NCBI RefSeq assembly: GCF_009914755.1
Contig: NC_060925.1
From: the human T2T-CHM13v2.0 reference genome, Homo sapiens
Length of the DNA: 64,000 nucleotides
Reading direction: 5' to 3' (one strand)
Of this stretch, positions 13,901-28,099 are shown piece by piece. Every line of letters begins with the position of its first letter. Within the stretch, counting starts at the first letter, position 1. Made by a program: the position numbers and the translations under genes. Below the pieces are notes generated by a model. That model did not search any database, was not told where the DNA came from, and saw only the letters and a list, made by a program, of their open reading frames with translations.

Positions 13901-16010
13901 CCACATCTATGTCCTGCTTTTCTTCTTATTAATTACATTGCTGTATAAAAGAACAGGACTTGAGAATCAAAAATATCTTGTCTCTTGGCATTGAATTTAT
14001 ACAAGGTGCTCTTTCTTTAATGCTCTCTCAAAGGACATATTTTTACTGATTAAAAAGGAAGATCTGAATCTAGTCGTATGCTCTGCTCCAACATATTAAT
14101 AACTAAAATTAAGATGTAAATGTGGTCAAAGCTATAGAAAGAATTGAGATGTCATTTATATTGATTACTGTATAGTACTCTACAAACAGATATTGTAAAA
14201 TAAGAGTTTATATAAATATTTTGTGGCATTTCAAATATTGGAGTGCCTGAAGTTTCTCCTCTTATATAGTTCAGATTATCAATTTGAAGACTTACTCGGC
14301 TGGTTAAAAAGTTTTATTCTCGTTTGTGTATTATATGAAAATAATTTTCTGTTAAATGTGTTCCGCTTACATAAAACATTAGAAGTTAGTGAGTATTTAA
14401 TTACATTTTCGTGTTCCTGTAATGCCTTTAGAAGATTTTCATATTATTACGTATCAATATATGTATGCTTTGTCTAAGAAAAATCTATCATATACATCAT
14501 TGAAATTTAAAAAGTACTTTTTAAAAGTACTTATTAATTCTATTGAAAAACCACATCCATAGGAGCAATTACAATATAATATTGTGAACATGTAAATATA
14601 TATCCTATGTCTATTTTATATATAAGCATATGTGATTAAAAATATAGTGAAGAATTTTTAAACCTAGTATTATAATGTAAAAATTAGTTAAACTTCTGAT
14701 GATTATTTGTTAATTAAGATAAAATTATTTTGATTTGGGTGATTTTAAATTAACAAAATTATTAAATTACATGACAAAAATTCCTTATAAAATGTTTACG
14801 ATTTTTACATTGGTTTTATCACTTTATTCCACTATTTTATTTTAAGATGACCTGCCTTGTTTAAAACACTGTATTCGTCTTAATTAAATTAAATTACATT
14901 TGTAAAAAAATTAAAGAATGATTTGCTCTATTATACAGTGCGGTTATAAACTGAGTTAGTATCTCAAGATTTGATCCCCATTATCGTCATCCGTGGCCCT
15001 ATTTGTTTGATAAATGTAGTGTCTTTTTCCCTGCCTGTCACATCTCTATTGCTCATTTATTTTTCCCCTTGTCCTTTATAGGGAGCATTGCCTATCTCTA
15101 GATTAAGCAAAAGTTGCATCTTAAAAAAGCACAATGACCTGCTCAAACTTTCTCACACAGAGAAATGTTTGTTAAGTAATTAAAGTGTAGATGATGATAC
15201 AAAGAGCTTGATTAAAAAAGATGCCAAAGTATCCTTCTGATTCAGAATATGAATAGTACTTAATGCCTTTGAAATCAATAATTGCTGAGTGACATTAATT
15301 AATGCCAATATTTCAGAAGTTGTTCTGGTTAGTGAAATGTGTACAACACGTAAAAATTTCCGAACTCTAAAGGGCAACATTATTCTATAGTTAAGAATTA
15401 AGAATTAATTCACATTAATTATTGGGGAGAAATAATTTTAAGAATTAATGACTGAGGAAACGTTTTTATTTTTTATTTAGAAAATTATTTTGTGCATGAG
15501 CATTACTGCCAGTTTTTCAAGAAACATAAATTTATAGAAACATTTATGTGCACAAGATGAACTTAATAACATCTTGATATTTTCCACTATTACAGTTGTA
15601 TTTGGTAAATCTTTAAATGCCCGTCATCTAAAGATCATAAATGAATCTTGGAAATCTTGTAGGTAAGGGTAAATATAAGGATGCATCCAATTACATTTAC
15701 ACACACATACAATTACATTTACACAAACATACATGCACACACGCTCACTGATACAGGTATGCATATATATACATGAATTTACCAATTGATTTTAACTAAT
15801 ATTTATAAGAGCCTGTAGGATTGATATATATTTTTGAACCAGAAAAATATTTATTATATACATGTTTAAAATACACACAGAGCATTTGAAACTGTACTTA
15901 AATATAAGCTGTGATCATTACAAATTCTTACACTGAATAAATATTTTTATTTTTATAATAATATGTTTGATACATGTGTACATTTTTTTAAATGTATTAT
16001 TTTTGTCATA

Positions 16011-16347
16011 GAGTCATGTCATGCATAATAATATTTCAGAGATGGATTACATATACAAAATTTGTCCCATGAGATTATAATACATATTTTACATACTTTT
16101 CTATGTTTAAGTATGTTTACATACATAAACTCTTACCACTGTGTTCTTATTGCCTGCAGTATTCAGTATAGTAATGTAGTACACAAGTTTGTAGCCTAGG
16201 AGAGAGAGGTTATGCCATATAACCTAAACGTGGTAGGCTGTACAAACTAAGTGTTTGTAATATTCTCTCTGACGTTTGCAAAATGATGAAATTGCCTATG
16301 GATGCATCTGTTAGAACGTATCCCTGTCATTCAGTGACGCGTGACTG
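16011..16347 (+). mobile_element. Tigger3/MER7-type TcMar DNA transposon (non-autonomous)
   Basis: Ends GAGTCATG... and ...GACGCGTGACTG resemble the CAGTCATGCG TIRs; internal TATTGCCTGCAGTATTCAGTATAGT and TTTGTAGCCTAGGAG match the recalled consensus. Confidence 0.75.
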
Positions 16348-16879
16348 TGATAAAATGCTAAATCTAAGTTTCAATGACCTCCATAAAATTGTTGTACTGT
16401 GAAATACAAATCTCTCACCTACAGCTTGAATATGTTTTCAAACTTAGCAGATCATGGGAAGGAGAATGTGCTGGCATCGCTGGGATGATTTTCTCACACT
16501 ACATGAATAATATCTCCAGACTTTGCGAATATGAGCCACTTGCATAGAGTTAAAGTAAGCATCTCTTTGCTGGGAAATGTATCAAATGGGAGTATGAAAT
16601 GTTTTTAAAAGATACTTGTTTGTTTGTAGACGGTAGGCCTACAGTGGCTCATGGCAATGGTTGAGGTTGCTAAGATTTGGTGGAAGAAGGCAAAATGAAA
16701 TGGCCACTTATATGGTATATGGATCACTTGTTTCTGTTGAGTTACAGATTCAGCTGGCTATTTCTCCCAATGTTAGTTATTTGGAGAAAAGAAACATGAT
16801 AGTAATTTTGGGGTAACAAATACAATATTGGATGAAAGCAAATTTATTGAGGGTTAGACAAATTAGAAGATAATTTAGG

Positions 16880-17255
16880 CTGCAAGTCAACACGAGACTT
16901 CTGGCCCAAATTGTGCAGAGTTTGTGTCCAGCTGCGAAGTTCAAAGGAAGAGGCCATATAAGATGATTCGCACTTTTGTCACGAACTACCAGTTCAGGGG
17001 TTTCCCCAGAACACCCTCAGTTTCAAGAATTTACTAAAAAGACTCACAGAACTCATTGAATGCCATTGTACTCATGGTTTATAATAGAGAAAGGGTAGAA
17101 ATTAGGACCAATCAAAGGAAGAGACATATCACGTAAGGTGGAATCTAGGAGGATTTTGAATGTTAAGTTTCCATTGTCTTCAGGACATATTACCTGTCAT
17201 TTTTGTACAGCAATAAACATGGAGTACTACCAAACTGGGGAGCTCACCTGATGCT
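16880..17255. mobile_element. MER21-like LTR fragment
   Basis: ACACCCTCAGTTTCAAGAATTTACTAAAAAGACTCACAGAACTCATTGAA resembles the MER21 consensus. Confidence 0.55.
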
Positions 17256-17259
17256 AAAA

Positions 17260-19830
17260 AGACACTATTTAGAAAATGAAAAGACAAAGGAAAGGAGGAG
17301 ATAAGATGACCTTCCACATTAAGGCACTGGAAAGAATAGCAAACTAAACCTAAAGCAAGCAGAAGGAAGAAAATAAAAAATAGAGAAATTAATAATTTAT
17401 AATATTAATCATATTTGTTAGTGTTTACTAGTTGATATTAATTCTTGACTGACTTTTTTTAAAAAGAGAAATATTCACTTCCCAATTTATTCTGTGGGGC
17501 CAGTGTTACCTTGATACAAAAATTAGTCCGAATAGCATAGAAAAATAAAACTACTATTAGTATAAATGCAAAATTCCTTAAAAAATACAAACAAATCAGA
17601 TCTAGCAACATATAAAAGAATTACACATTATGACAAAGTGAAATTTATACTAGTAATCTCAGGTTGGTTTAACAGCCCAAAATCCTTTACGGTAATACAT
17701 CTTATCCATAGAATAAGAAACAAGAATTGCATGATCATGTCGATAGATTCGGAAAAGACATTTAACAAAATCCAAATGCTTTAATGATTAAAAATAAAAA
17801 TAAAAACTCAATGAACTAGGAATAGAGAACTTTCTACACCAGATACATGGCACCTGTGAAAAGCCAACAGCGAGCATGCAACTTAATGGTAAAGGATGTT
17901 TTCCCGCTATGGTCAGAGATAAGAATAGGATATATACTTTGACCTCTTCTAGTCAACACTGTACTAAAGATTTTATGCTGGGCAAATCGGCAACTAAAAA
18001 AAAAGAGTCACCCATATTGAACAGGAAGAAATAAAACATTATTGGAAAATAACATTCTTGTATATAGAAAATTTTAAGGAATCCATTGAACGATAGAACT
18101 AGTAAGTTATTTCAGCAATATTACAGCATACAAGGTAAATGTACAAAAATCAATTACACATATCTACAATGAAAACCCCAACATGAAATTAAGAAAACAC
18201 TTCAATTTAAAATAGCATCAAAAAAAGAAATAATAATTAATTTGGAAAATGTGATACAAAATTTTACTCTGAAAATTAAAAATTATTGTTTAAAGAATGT
18301 CTAAATAATTAGCAATCATCTTCCACCCATGAATTGGAAGATTTAATATTGTAGTACTTTACAAGCTGAACTACAGATTTGACGTAATCCCTGCAAGTAT
18401 TCCAACAGACTTCTGCCTAGAAACTGACAAGCTGATTCTAAAATACACATGGGATGGTAAGGGACTCAAAATAGCCAAAATAGTCTTGATAAAAGAAAAC
18501 ATATTAGGATAATTCACACCCCCGTGCTCCAAACCTTATGGCAAAGCATCAGTAATCAAGACAACACAATACTGATGAAGGAAAATTATATAGATTGATG
18601 GAAGAGAATTGAGAGTCCATATATAAAACTATGTATCTATAGTCAATGGATTCTTAAAGTGGTGCCATGTGCAATTCAATGAGGAAGAGACAGTCTTTGA
18701 ACACACTGGGTCAACAACGTACACGTGGATCGCCACCTGCAAAATAGTAAATTGGAACCCTTACCCCAAAGCATACAAAAATATTAACTCAAATGAATTA
18801 AAGACATACATGCAAGAGCTGGAATAAAGCATATGCGAAAATCTTCAGGATTTTGGATCTAGCAAAGAAATAGCTGTAACACCAAAAACATGAGCAACAA
18901 AATAAAAATTAGATATTTAAAATTTCTTAAAAATTAAAGACATTGGTGTTTCAGAGGACAACCAAGCAAGCCAAAAGGCAGCTCAAAAATTCTGAGAAAA
19001 TATTTGAGAAATACATATATATATGTCTGCTTATATATGTATCTTGAATATAGAAAAATTGTTTTAACTCAATAACAAAAATCCCAACTCAAAACTGATA
19101 AATGATAGGAATACTTGTATATCCAAAGAAGATACACGAACGGTCAATAATTCCATAAAAAGATACTCAACAGCATCACTCATCAGGCAACTACAAATCA
19201 AAACCACAGTTAGATAGTCTATGGCTAGAACTGGTCACTTTGGAAAATAGGTTGATGGCTTCTAAATATATGAAACAGAATTGTCATATGACCCAGAAAT
19301 TTATTCCCAGCTATACCCCCAGAGTATTAGAAAGAGGTGTTCAAACACAAATTGCACACAAGTACTTTAACAGCAGTATTTAAAATAGCCAAAGGCTGAA
19401 CACAACTCAAATGTCAACAAAATATTATTGGATAAACAAAATGTTATTTCCATGAAATTGAATGTTATACAGTTTTAAAAAGAAATAAAGTACCAATACG
19501 CATATGAACCTTGATAGCATTATGCCAACTGAAAGAAGCCAGGCACAAAAGGCACCTATTGTATGATTCTATTTAGATGAAAATAGAATAGGAAGATCTA
19601 CAGAGACAAAAAACAGATTTGTTGTTGCTTAGGATTGAGTAGGGGATGAGTGCATAGGAGGCTAACAGGTAGAGAAGGTGGGGTTTCTTTTTGAAGTGAT
19701 GAAAATGCTCTAAAATTCATTGTGATGATGGCTTCACTTATCTGTGTATATACTAAAAGTCTTGACTTGTAGACATTCATATGTGCACTCTACATTATGT
19801 AAATTATATCTCAATAAATCCTTTCAAAAA
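17260..19830 (+). mobile_element. 5'-truncated old L1 (L1MB/L1MC-type): decayed ORF2 plus 3' UTR
   Basis: ORF 17566-17784 (KRITHYDKVKFI...GWFN...MIMSIDSEKTFNKIQ) aligns to the L1 ORF2 RT region (compare 36737-37381); L1M-type 3' end AAATTATATCTCAATAAA near 19810. Confidence 0.85.
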
Positions 19831-19869
19831 TACAAAGAAGACTAAGGGGTTTTGGACTGTTGCAGCTGG

Positions 19870-20180
19870 GAGGCAGTTTGAAATACTGAATATGTCTCAT
19901 CGAGAATGTGAGGTTTCAGTAAAGACTTGAGGAAGTTGAATGAGCTCATCAATGGATATATGGAGGGCTATCTTTCCAAGATAAGAAATTAACTAGAGTC
20001 TTGGTGATAAGGCAGCAGCATGTTGGCATGTCCAGAGGACAGTGAGGTGGCCAGGACCACTGGTAAGTTCAAGGGTGAAGACAGAAAAGAATTTTGGCAG
20101 TTAACATGCGGCAGATCATGATGGGCTTGCAGACCATTGTAAGAATTGTGTCTTTTAGTGTAAATGAAATGGGGAGACAA
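19870..20180. mobile_element. L2 fragment
   Basis: GCAGATCATGATGGGCTTGCAGACCATTGTAAG...AAATGGGGAG resembles L2a. Confidence 0.5.
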
Positions 20181-21892
20181 ATCATTATCCCATTATCAAT
20201 ATTTTAATGAATTGTATCCATGAACCAAATCCAATGAGATTAAATCAATTAGTAATAATATGCAAATTTGTATTAAAATTACCAGAATTCCTTTCACGTT
20301 TGAGAACAGGAGAGTCATGATTGTTTATCAGCAATAATAAACTATTAATTTTAATTGTCATCAGCTAATTGAGATTAATTGCAATACATCATGCTTTATA
20401 ATGTGACTGTCAAAAGGAAAATATGATTGTAATCTTATACTACATCTATCAATGTCTTTGATTCATAGGACTATAGACTAAGCCCCTAGTTTTCAAAGCC
20501 AACTGATGAGGCAGCGACATCTTATGCAAGTTTGCTGCTTTCTGCCACAGTGACACTTGGTCAGCTGACACAAATTGTTTTACAACACCACTAGGTCTAA
20601 AAAAAGTTTGGATCACAATGAACACAGAATCACCTTCATCCCTTCAGAAATACCTATCAATTAGTTCCAATACAGAATGAAAAATTGACAAGGGAAGTAT
20701 GTTGATTGTAAAAATGCCAGATAGCTTGCATCTACATGAAAGAAAAATGCCATTTTTATTACAATAGATCATTGTTTTACATGAGTTTTGGTATAGCACA
20801 ATGTTGAACCAAGGGCAAAGAGAGATGAATTAATGAAGTCTTAAGATATCAAGAATTTGAAAGAAAAGGCAGGTCATCTTTGAAGGTTAGTGATATAGCA
20901 TTCATCTTCTGTTGTCACCTTTTCCGTCATTCCCTGTATGCCTGATGGACAGCTTTCACTCAAGTTCAGAGAACAGCATGCAAAGATTAGCTACCAACTA
21001 ATTTTCATGAAGTGAGCTTAATTTCTAGCCAGACTGAGCTTACGTTTTAGCAGGAAGCATTTTTGGGAAATGTTTATGTTAGATTTGGCCCTTCTTGACA
21101 AGGTGAGACATAAATGTCTACTTCATTGTCATGAATTCAGATGGGAAGATATTTGGGGTAAACATTTTCTCAAATGCTAAATAACAAAGGTACACAAAGG
21201 GGAAATTTTTACTAGATTTCTTTCCCACTTGTTTTCTATGTCTCATGCAATTCACCTTGATTCCCTTCAGTTTCTGTTTAATGTAGAAAGTCGCATTTTC
21301 ATTATTTTAAGCTTCTAGCGCAACGAAAGAATTTCTCTTTTTCATCAACTGCATCATAAATGAAAGGGAGGAAGAGTATCCAATATCATATTTATTGTTC
21401 AACAAAACACTGCTCCACTGCTTAAATTCAGTTTAAAAAAGAGAATTTATTGAACATCTAACACATACATAAAAAGCAGTAAAGACACATGAGAAGAGGG
21501 CAGGATATTGAAGTATACAGACTTTAATGCTGAGTTTTGTATCTTAGTAAGTTACTGCACCTTACAGAGACTCAATTTCCCCTGATTTAGGAAGGCGATG
21601 CTAATGGGTATTGCATAGGTGTAAGTATAAAAATATTGTATTTAAGAGAATCCCACAAGCTTGGTATAAGGCAGAAAATAAATAGATGTGACATTAATGA
21701 GTAGTTTATTACATTTGTATGCTACCTGCAGACTAGAAGAAGCAAGAAACACATCCACTATGCTTGATTAGCATTATATTCTAATTTGGAATATAAATAG
21801 AAAAGAGAAAAATAGAAAGCTATGCATAAACACATGCATTAAAATGAATTTTATGTGGACTCTTTCAGGAAAATGTTCCTAAGGTATTTTAT

Positions 21893-22550
21893 TTTTTTAT
21901 TGTGGTAAAATACACATAACATAAAATGTACTCTGTTAACCAATTTAAGTGTACAGTTCAGTGGTACTAAACAGAGTCATAACATTGTTCAGCCATCCCT
22001 ACCATCCATCTCCATAACTCGTTTCATCTTGTGAAACTGAAACTCTATACCCATTAAACAGTACTTCCCCATGTCTTCCTCCCCCCAGCTTCTGGCAATC
22101 ATCATTGTACTATCTCTATGATTCTGTCCACTTTAAGTCTCTTACACAAATGGAATTATACTGTATTTGTCCTTCACTGACTAGCTTATTTCACTTGGCA
22201 TAATATCCTCAAGTTTCATCCAAGTTGCAACGTATGTCAGAATATTTCCCTCATGTTTAAGGCTGAATAATTTTCCATTCTATGTATATATCATGTTTTG
22301 CTTATCCATTCATCTGTGGTTGGACACTTCAATTGCTTCTACGTTTTAGCTATTACCAATAATGCTGCTGCAAACATGGATGTGCAAATATTTTTTCAAG
22401 ACTCTGCTTTCAATTCTTTTGCTATCTTGAGATGTGGGGCTGCCGAATCATAAGGCAATACCACTTGGATGTTTGGAGGAACTACCATACTCTTTTCCAC
22501 AGCAAACATAGGGTTTGGCATTCCCTCCAATATTGCAAAAGGAATCGCCA
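21893..22550 (-). mobile_element. L1MB-type 3' end
   Basis: TTTTATTGTGGTAAAATACACATAACATAAAA...AAGTGTACAGTTCAGTGG...GAAACTGAAACTCTATACCCATTAAAC is the antisense L1MB 3' end. Confidence 0.8.
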
Positions 22551-23259
22551 CATCCTTGCCTGTGGATTTTATTCACAAGTCCTGTGGCTCTCTCTACATC
22601 CCGGCCACCATGTGTTATTTCCTGTTTATATATATGACATCAAAAGTGCAGGAAGTAATGAACTAAATGGGAAGGAAAAACATGTAGAAAAATAGAGGTA
22701 AATACTGACTACATAAAACCATCAGAATAAGAATTTTGGATGATCTATCTATTATATATCAATTTATCTATCATCTATCTGTTCCTCCCTCTGTAATTAA
22801 AATATATTACAGTTAGAGAACAGAGAAAAAAGTAGGAATCCATGAATTTAAATTTTAATTCTTCTTAGATTGTCTCACAGCATCATTATATGACACAAAA
22901 TGTATAGGTCAGTATCTGTTAACTATAAATGTAACATTTTTAAAGTATTCAAATACATTGAATTGCAGAATGAATAACATATTACAATCCATTCAAGTTT
23001 ATTTTATTCCAGGAACACAAAAATACAAATTTCATTTGCAATTCAAGAAAAACAGAAATCGATACATATGATTGATGTATATACACATTTAATGTATTTT
23101 TAAATATACATTTTTAAAAAATAAAATTTTTCTAGGACAACTACTTAAAATATCACTGAAAATAGTGTTATTAGATAATACCTTCCTAATAACTCTGGTA
23201 TTACAAAAGAAAACGAAATTAAAATTTCAGATAAGCTTAGAAACTAAAAATTTTAAAAA

Positions 23260-23880
23260 TATTCTGTTCTCCATATGTTCATATTCAATATTATTTCTTG
23301 TTTTCATTCTTCTTCAGTGTTGCTCTACTAAAATATAACATACAATAGTTACTTTTGATTTCTGTTCTTATTACTCAAAATTGTATAATTTTTCTCATGC
23401 TCTTAATTTAGCTATGCTACTTTTTTTTACTCCTGGAATTTTCACATTTGTGTTCACTCTCCTTAGAGTTCCCATAGTATCAAATAAGCTTTTTGCCCTC
23501 TTTCTGATTTGAAGGTTCATCTTCTCATAATTATTTTGTCCACTCAGTTTCTTTTCATTCTCACTTAAGTGCCTCTCATCTGGCTTCTTTTCGTTTGTAA
23601 GGTTTCCTTTCATCTTAAGCCAGTCTTTTATTTATATTTTGATTCTGTTTTTTGGAGGACATGCTTCCTTGAATTTTAAGGAAGAGGCCAAAAGGTTTGT
23701 TCAAGTTTTTACCTGATACACTGGATTAAATTACCTAATGTACACACCCTTAATTTAAGTCTAGGGGCGACTGTCTACTCTCGATTTTGTATAGTATTAT
23801 TTTTCTTAACATCCAAGTCCATCTTCATCTATTTGTATATGATCAATAAAAATATATTTGTCCAGAACACTGCTGTGGTG
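23260..23880 (-). mobile_element. Possible ancient L1 ORF1 fragment
   Basis: K/E-rich minus-strand ORF 23395-23613 looks like a decayed L1 ORF1 coiled coil. Confidence 0.35.
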
Positions 23881-26501
23881 GAGTTACTTCTTTCTAAGTA
23901 GGAGAGGTAGCAGTTGAGACATGAGCTGGGTTCTGGGTCAGTTTAGAGGGCTGGGCGACATTCCTCCTTTTGGTCTGTATGACTGAATGAATGCCGTTCT
24001 TGCTGTCTCGCTCCTCTCCTTAACACATTGAGCCATTGCAGCAGATGAGAAGGAATAATCCTGATCTGCCATTCAGGTGGAACACTTGTTCTCTCCAACC
24101 ACATCCATAGGTTGTACTCACACTCGGCCAGAATGTATCCTGTCAATGATATGGAGATGTATCTAGCTATCTAGATAGATATCTACTTTGTTTATGCTCT
24201 CTGGTTGCCCGCAAATTATCTCCTTAAAGTGAATATCAAAAGAGAGCTTGGTGATGGCAGTGTTATAAAATCCTCAAAATGCAGCACCCACACCCAGAGG
24301 AATTTGTAGATTCTGGGATTCTAATTCAGATACCAAACTATATAAAAGGGGCATTGGTCATTGAGGGTTGCTAGGCTCTTTGTGGAGCATATTTGCTCTT
24401 TTCATGACTTTGAAATTATTTTAAAAATCTAACCTTTTTCTCGGTGTGCTGCAAGATGATTTGATTTTAATGCACAAGCACTAATTCTCCCCTAAGCTTT
24501 GTACAATATATTTGCTCTGACAAGCCATAGCCAGAAACTCACTTCACAGCAATTTATAGCATTTCCACCACAATTTGAATTATTTTTAACTAGACTCTCT
24601 TTGCCTTAATAAAAATATGAAGAAGCAATATACTTGTTCTAGTTAGGTTCAAAAGTTGGCAGTCTCTCTCCTGGAAAGAATAATAAAACTTTTCAGCGGC
24701 CTAATATGCATCTATAGACACACACACATGCAAGCACTATTCATAATATTTAAAGCACATTCTGTTCTATGACTTCATTTGTCTAGCACAAAATAAAACG
24801 ATCTCAGTATATGTCAAGTACCAATTTTTTCGTATGGCCAATTATAGGTATTTTATTCTTTAAAGATTAGAGTGTTCTTGAAGCTCTTTCTATTTCTTTG
24901 TCAATGAACTAAACATTGGCAAATATGTAGGGTTTCCCACATAAGAACATTATTAACATCAAAATAGAAAGCTGGTGGTAGAAATATTGATTGGGAACAC
25001 AGAGTTTCTACTCAGCGTTCTACTTCTGCCATACCATAACTTTGTGATCTCACGAAATATCTCTCCATGTTCTCATCCCTATGTATAGTTCTGTCATTTT
25101 TCAGTAAGAGCTTTTTGCTTAATTATGAAGTACTAGTTACTATAACCATTATTTTGAGCTTCATGTACATCAAGAACACATGGACTCCACTTGCAAAACA
25201 TTGAAAATGTAGTTAGGGATTGGGGGCACATAGCAACATTTTAAAATGTGTAAAGACAATGAGTAAGCAACAAAGTGTCCAATTTTTTAGGCGAAAGTTG
25301 CATACCTCAGGAAAAGGCAGGATTAAGTAACAGAGAATTTGAATGATAACTGGCCAATTGGTGTCGTTTACAATTGCAAGTCATACAAATGAAGTTTGCT
25401 TTTTTAAAGAGAAAAGGAGTTAGTTAGAATGGGTCAACCTATTGGGGAAGCAATGTAGTTAGAGACAATGCCCAAAACCATGTGAGCAAATGCTCTGTAG
25501 AGTGCACCCCTGCAATGCTGCCATTGTGAGGCCAAGTCTCTCCTTGTCTTGGTACTGAGCCCTCCGTTCTGCCTCCATCATTGCCACTGTAGCTGCCACA
25601 AAATGATCCCTCAACCACCGCTGCCCAGGAACAAAGAAAGAATTCTGTCCTTCCGTGCTGTCAGATCAATTTCCAACATCAGGTGAGACTTTGATGGGCA
25701 CTATTCAGTACCCATATCCCTGAAATAGATGCAGTAAAAACATAGAAATTGCCTATGTGTTTCCCAATAAGACACATATGGAAGCTTGTTTTCCCACAAC
25801 AGGAAGGGGTTTCCACGATGGGTGCTCAAAGGAACAATATTCCCTGTAAACCATACTTTGCCCATATGAAGAAGAGCAATGAGGATTATTTAGTAAATAG
25901 ACATGCAAACTCATCCAGGGTTGGCTGATGAGAAGCTGGTTAGCAAGGGGGTCTGCCTTCAGTTAGGACAAGGTCTGTGCTTCCCACGGGTTCTCTCCAC
26001 AGCAGGAGGGATGCAAACTTCCCTTTCCTCCCCTGCACCTACCCTCAAATGGCCCAGAGGTCTTCAGGTGCTAGAATTTCTCAATGAACGCTGCACAAAA
26101 TAACAGACAGCCTTGACTGTCACTGTCTGTTCTCATGAAGCTAGTCTCTGCTTACTACATAAAACAGAAGAGTAAGAACAAGGGTGTTAAACACTGCCCT
26201 AGCTCAAACAAGTTTCTCTCTGTAGGATGCCAAGAACCTGGGAACCAGTGCATCTGCTGCTTTCCCTTCTCGGATTCTAGCCCAGACAAAAGAGGCAAGG
26301 AGCATTTCTTCAGAGGCCTTGAGCTTCACTACACAATGCCCCAGGCTCTACATGCACCCTCTTTATATATTTCTACCTCGAAAAAAAATTTTATATAATA
26401 TTAATAATATATATTTTTATATAAGGAACACATATGTTTATTTTATAGATAGATATAGATATACATAGATAAAGATCTCTAGTCTGCCTTTTTGAAGACT
26501 G

Positions 26502-26793
26502 GGCTGATCGCGGTGCCCCAAAACTATAATCCCAGCACTTTGGGAGGCCAATGTGGCCAGATCTCTTGAGTCCAGGAGATGGAGATCAGCCAGGGCAACA
26601 TGGTGAAATCCCATCTTTACAAAAATTAGCTACTATGGTGTCATGCACTTGCAGTCCCTGCTACTCAGGAGACTGAGTTGGGAGAATCGCTTGAGCACAG
26701 TATGTGAAGGCTTCAGTGAGCTGTGATCACATGACTGCACTCCATCTTGGGTGACAAAGTGAGACCCTCTCTCAAAATAAAATAAAATAAAAA
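26502..26793 (+). mobile_element. AluJ
   Basis: Dimeric Alu with J-type diagnostics (TTGAGTCCAGGAG, GAGCTGTGATCAC, GAGACCCT) and an (AAAAT)n tail. Confidence 0.9.
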
Positions 26794-27815
26794 GGCTACC
26801 ACCATACTCACAGATAAGTGTGTCAGGTATATTTGCAGCTATCTTTCCTATACTCTATTTGGTAAAAAAAAATTGCAAAGAACTCTTCTCATTCTAGATT
26901 TTTGTATTAATTAGACATTTGAAGTTTATAGCAGAAGAGCTATAATCATGTTTGGTATGTGTACTCTATAGACCAGATAGTGCAAACATATATCAATGCT
27001 TTTTAAAAGTATATAAGGTTATTAGAAATATTTTAAAGTACCTATAGGTATATATGTATCTAATTGAACTATCAAATGCAAGTAAGATCATTTCCTTAGC
27101 GTGTGAAATGCACTCAATTTATTAAAATATTTTCTAATGTCTATTACAATAATATTTCTTAATTAGCTAACATAAGAGGAGTTTTAAGACATTTATTTAT
27201 ATGTACTTACTAGATTCAAACTCGACTCCACTATTTTCAGAAATCATGCTCTGAGACAAGTCTTTTTTTTATCTAACTGTTTCTACCTATATTAAAAGAC
27301 AGATATATAAATTTTGCTAATCATGCTCTTCCAGACCTCTCCATCCTATTTTTCGGTTTGTTCTATCAGTCATTCAGAGACTTACTTATATTCAAATTTC
27401 TCTCTAGGTTTAACATTTGTGTATGTCTTCTGGTGTTTTTGTCTATTTTTGCTGTATATAATTTAAGACATTTATTGACATATACATGCAGAAAAATACC
27501 ATGATTAAATATGGATAGCTTCATTAATGAAACACATGTATTTGCTGATAACCATGTATGAAAATAGAACATTACTAAAAATAGAGATACTTCTCCTGCC
27601 CCTTTCCAAACACTAACCCTCATCCTCAATAGTAACAGATTTTTTTTTATCATAGAGTAATTTGGTCTATTTTCAAATTTTTATTAAATAAATCACAGTA
27701 TCTACTCTAAGTCTGTTTCTTTCATTGTTGTTATTTTGCTTACAGTATTTATCTGCTAATGGACATGGTAGATTAAAGACGGCTACATACACATTTTTTA
27801 ATTAATAGATTTTTT

Positions 27816-27952
27816 GAGCACTTTGTGGCTTATGCCTCTAATCCCACCACTTTGGGAGGCTGAGGTGCGTGGATCATGAGGTCAGGAGATCGAGACCATC
27901 CTGGCCAACTTGGTAAAACCCCTTCTCTACTAAAATACAAAAAATTAGCTGA
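27816..27952 (+). mobile_element. AluS (Sc-like) left arm, truncated at the duplication junction
   Basis: GGATCATGAGGTCAGGAGATCGAGACCATCCTGGCCAAC...TACAAAAAATTAGCTG, then abrupt loss of Alu homology. Confidence 0.88.
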
Positions 27953-28099
27953 TAGATAACATCAAGATAACATGTGGGTTCTTAGCTGCACTGAATCAAG
28001 CCTACCTACATCTTTGTTTGTCTTCCTCTGCACTTTTCCTTCCACATCAAACTCCAGGAATGCCAAGCTGCGCTGGCCTTCTACCCCATTTCCACTATT

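Noticed and set aside
14506-14525. Perfect 20-bp palindrome TTTAAAAAGTACTTTTTAAA
   Set aside because: AT-rich and part of a small local duplication; no supporting context.
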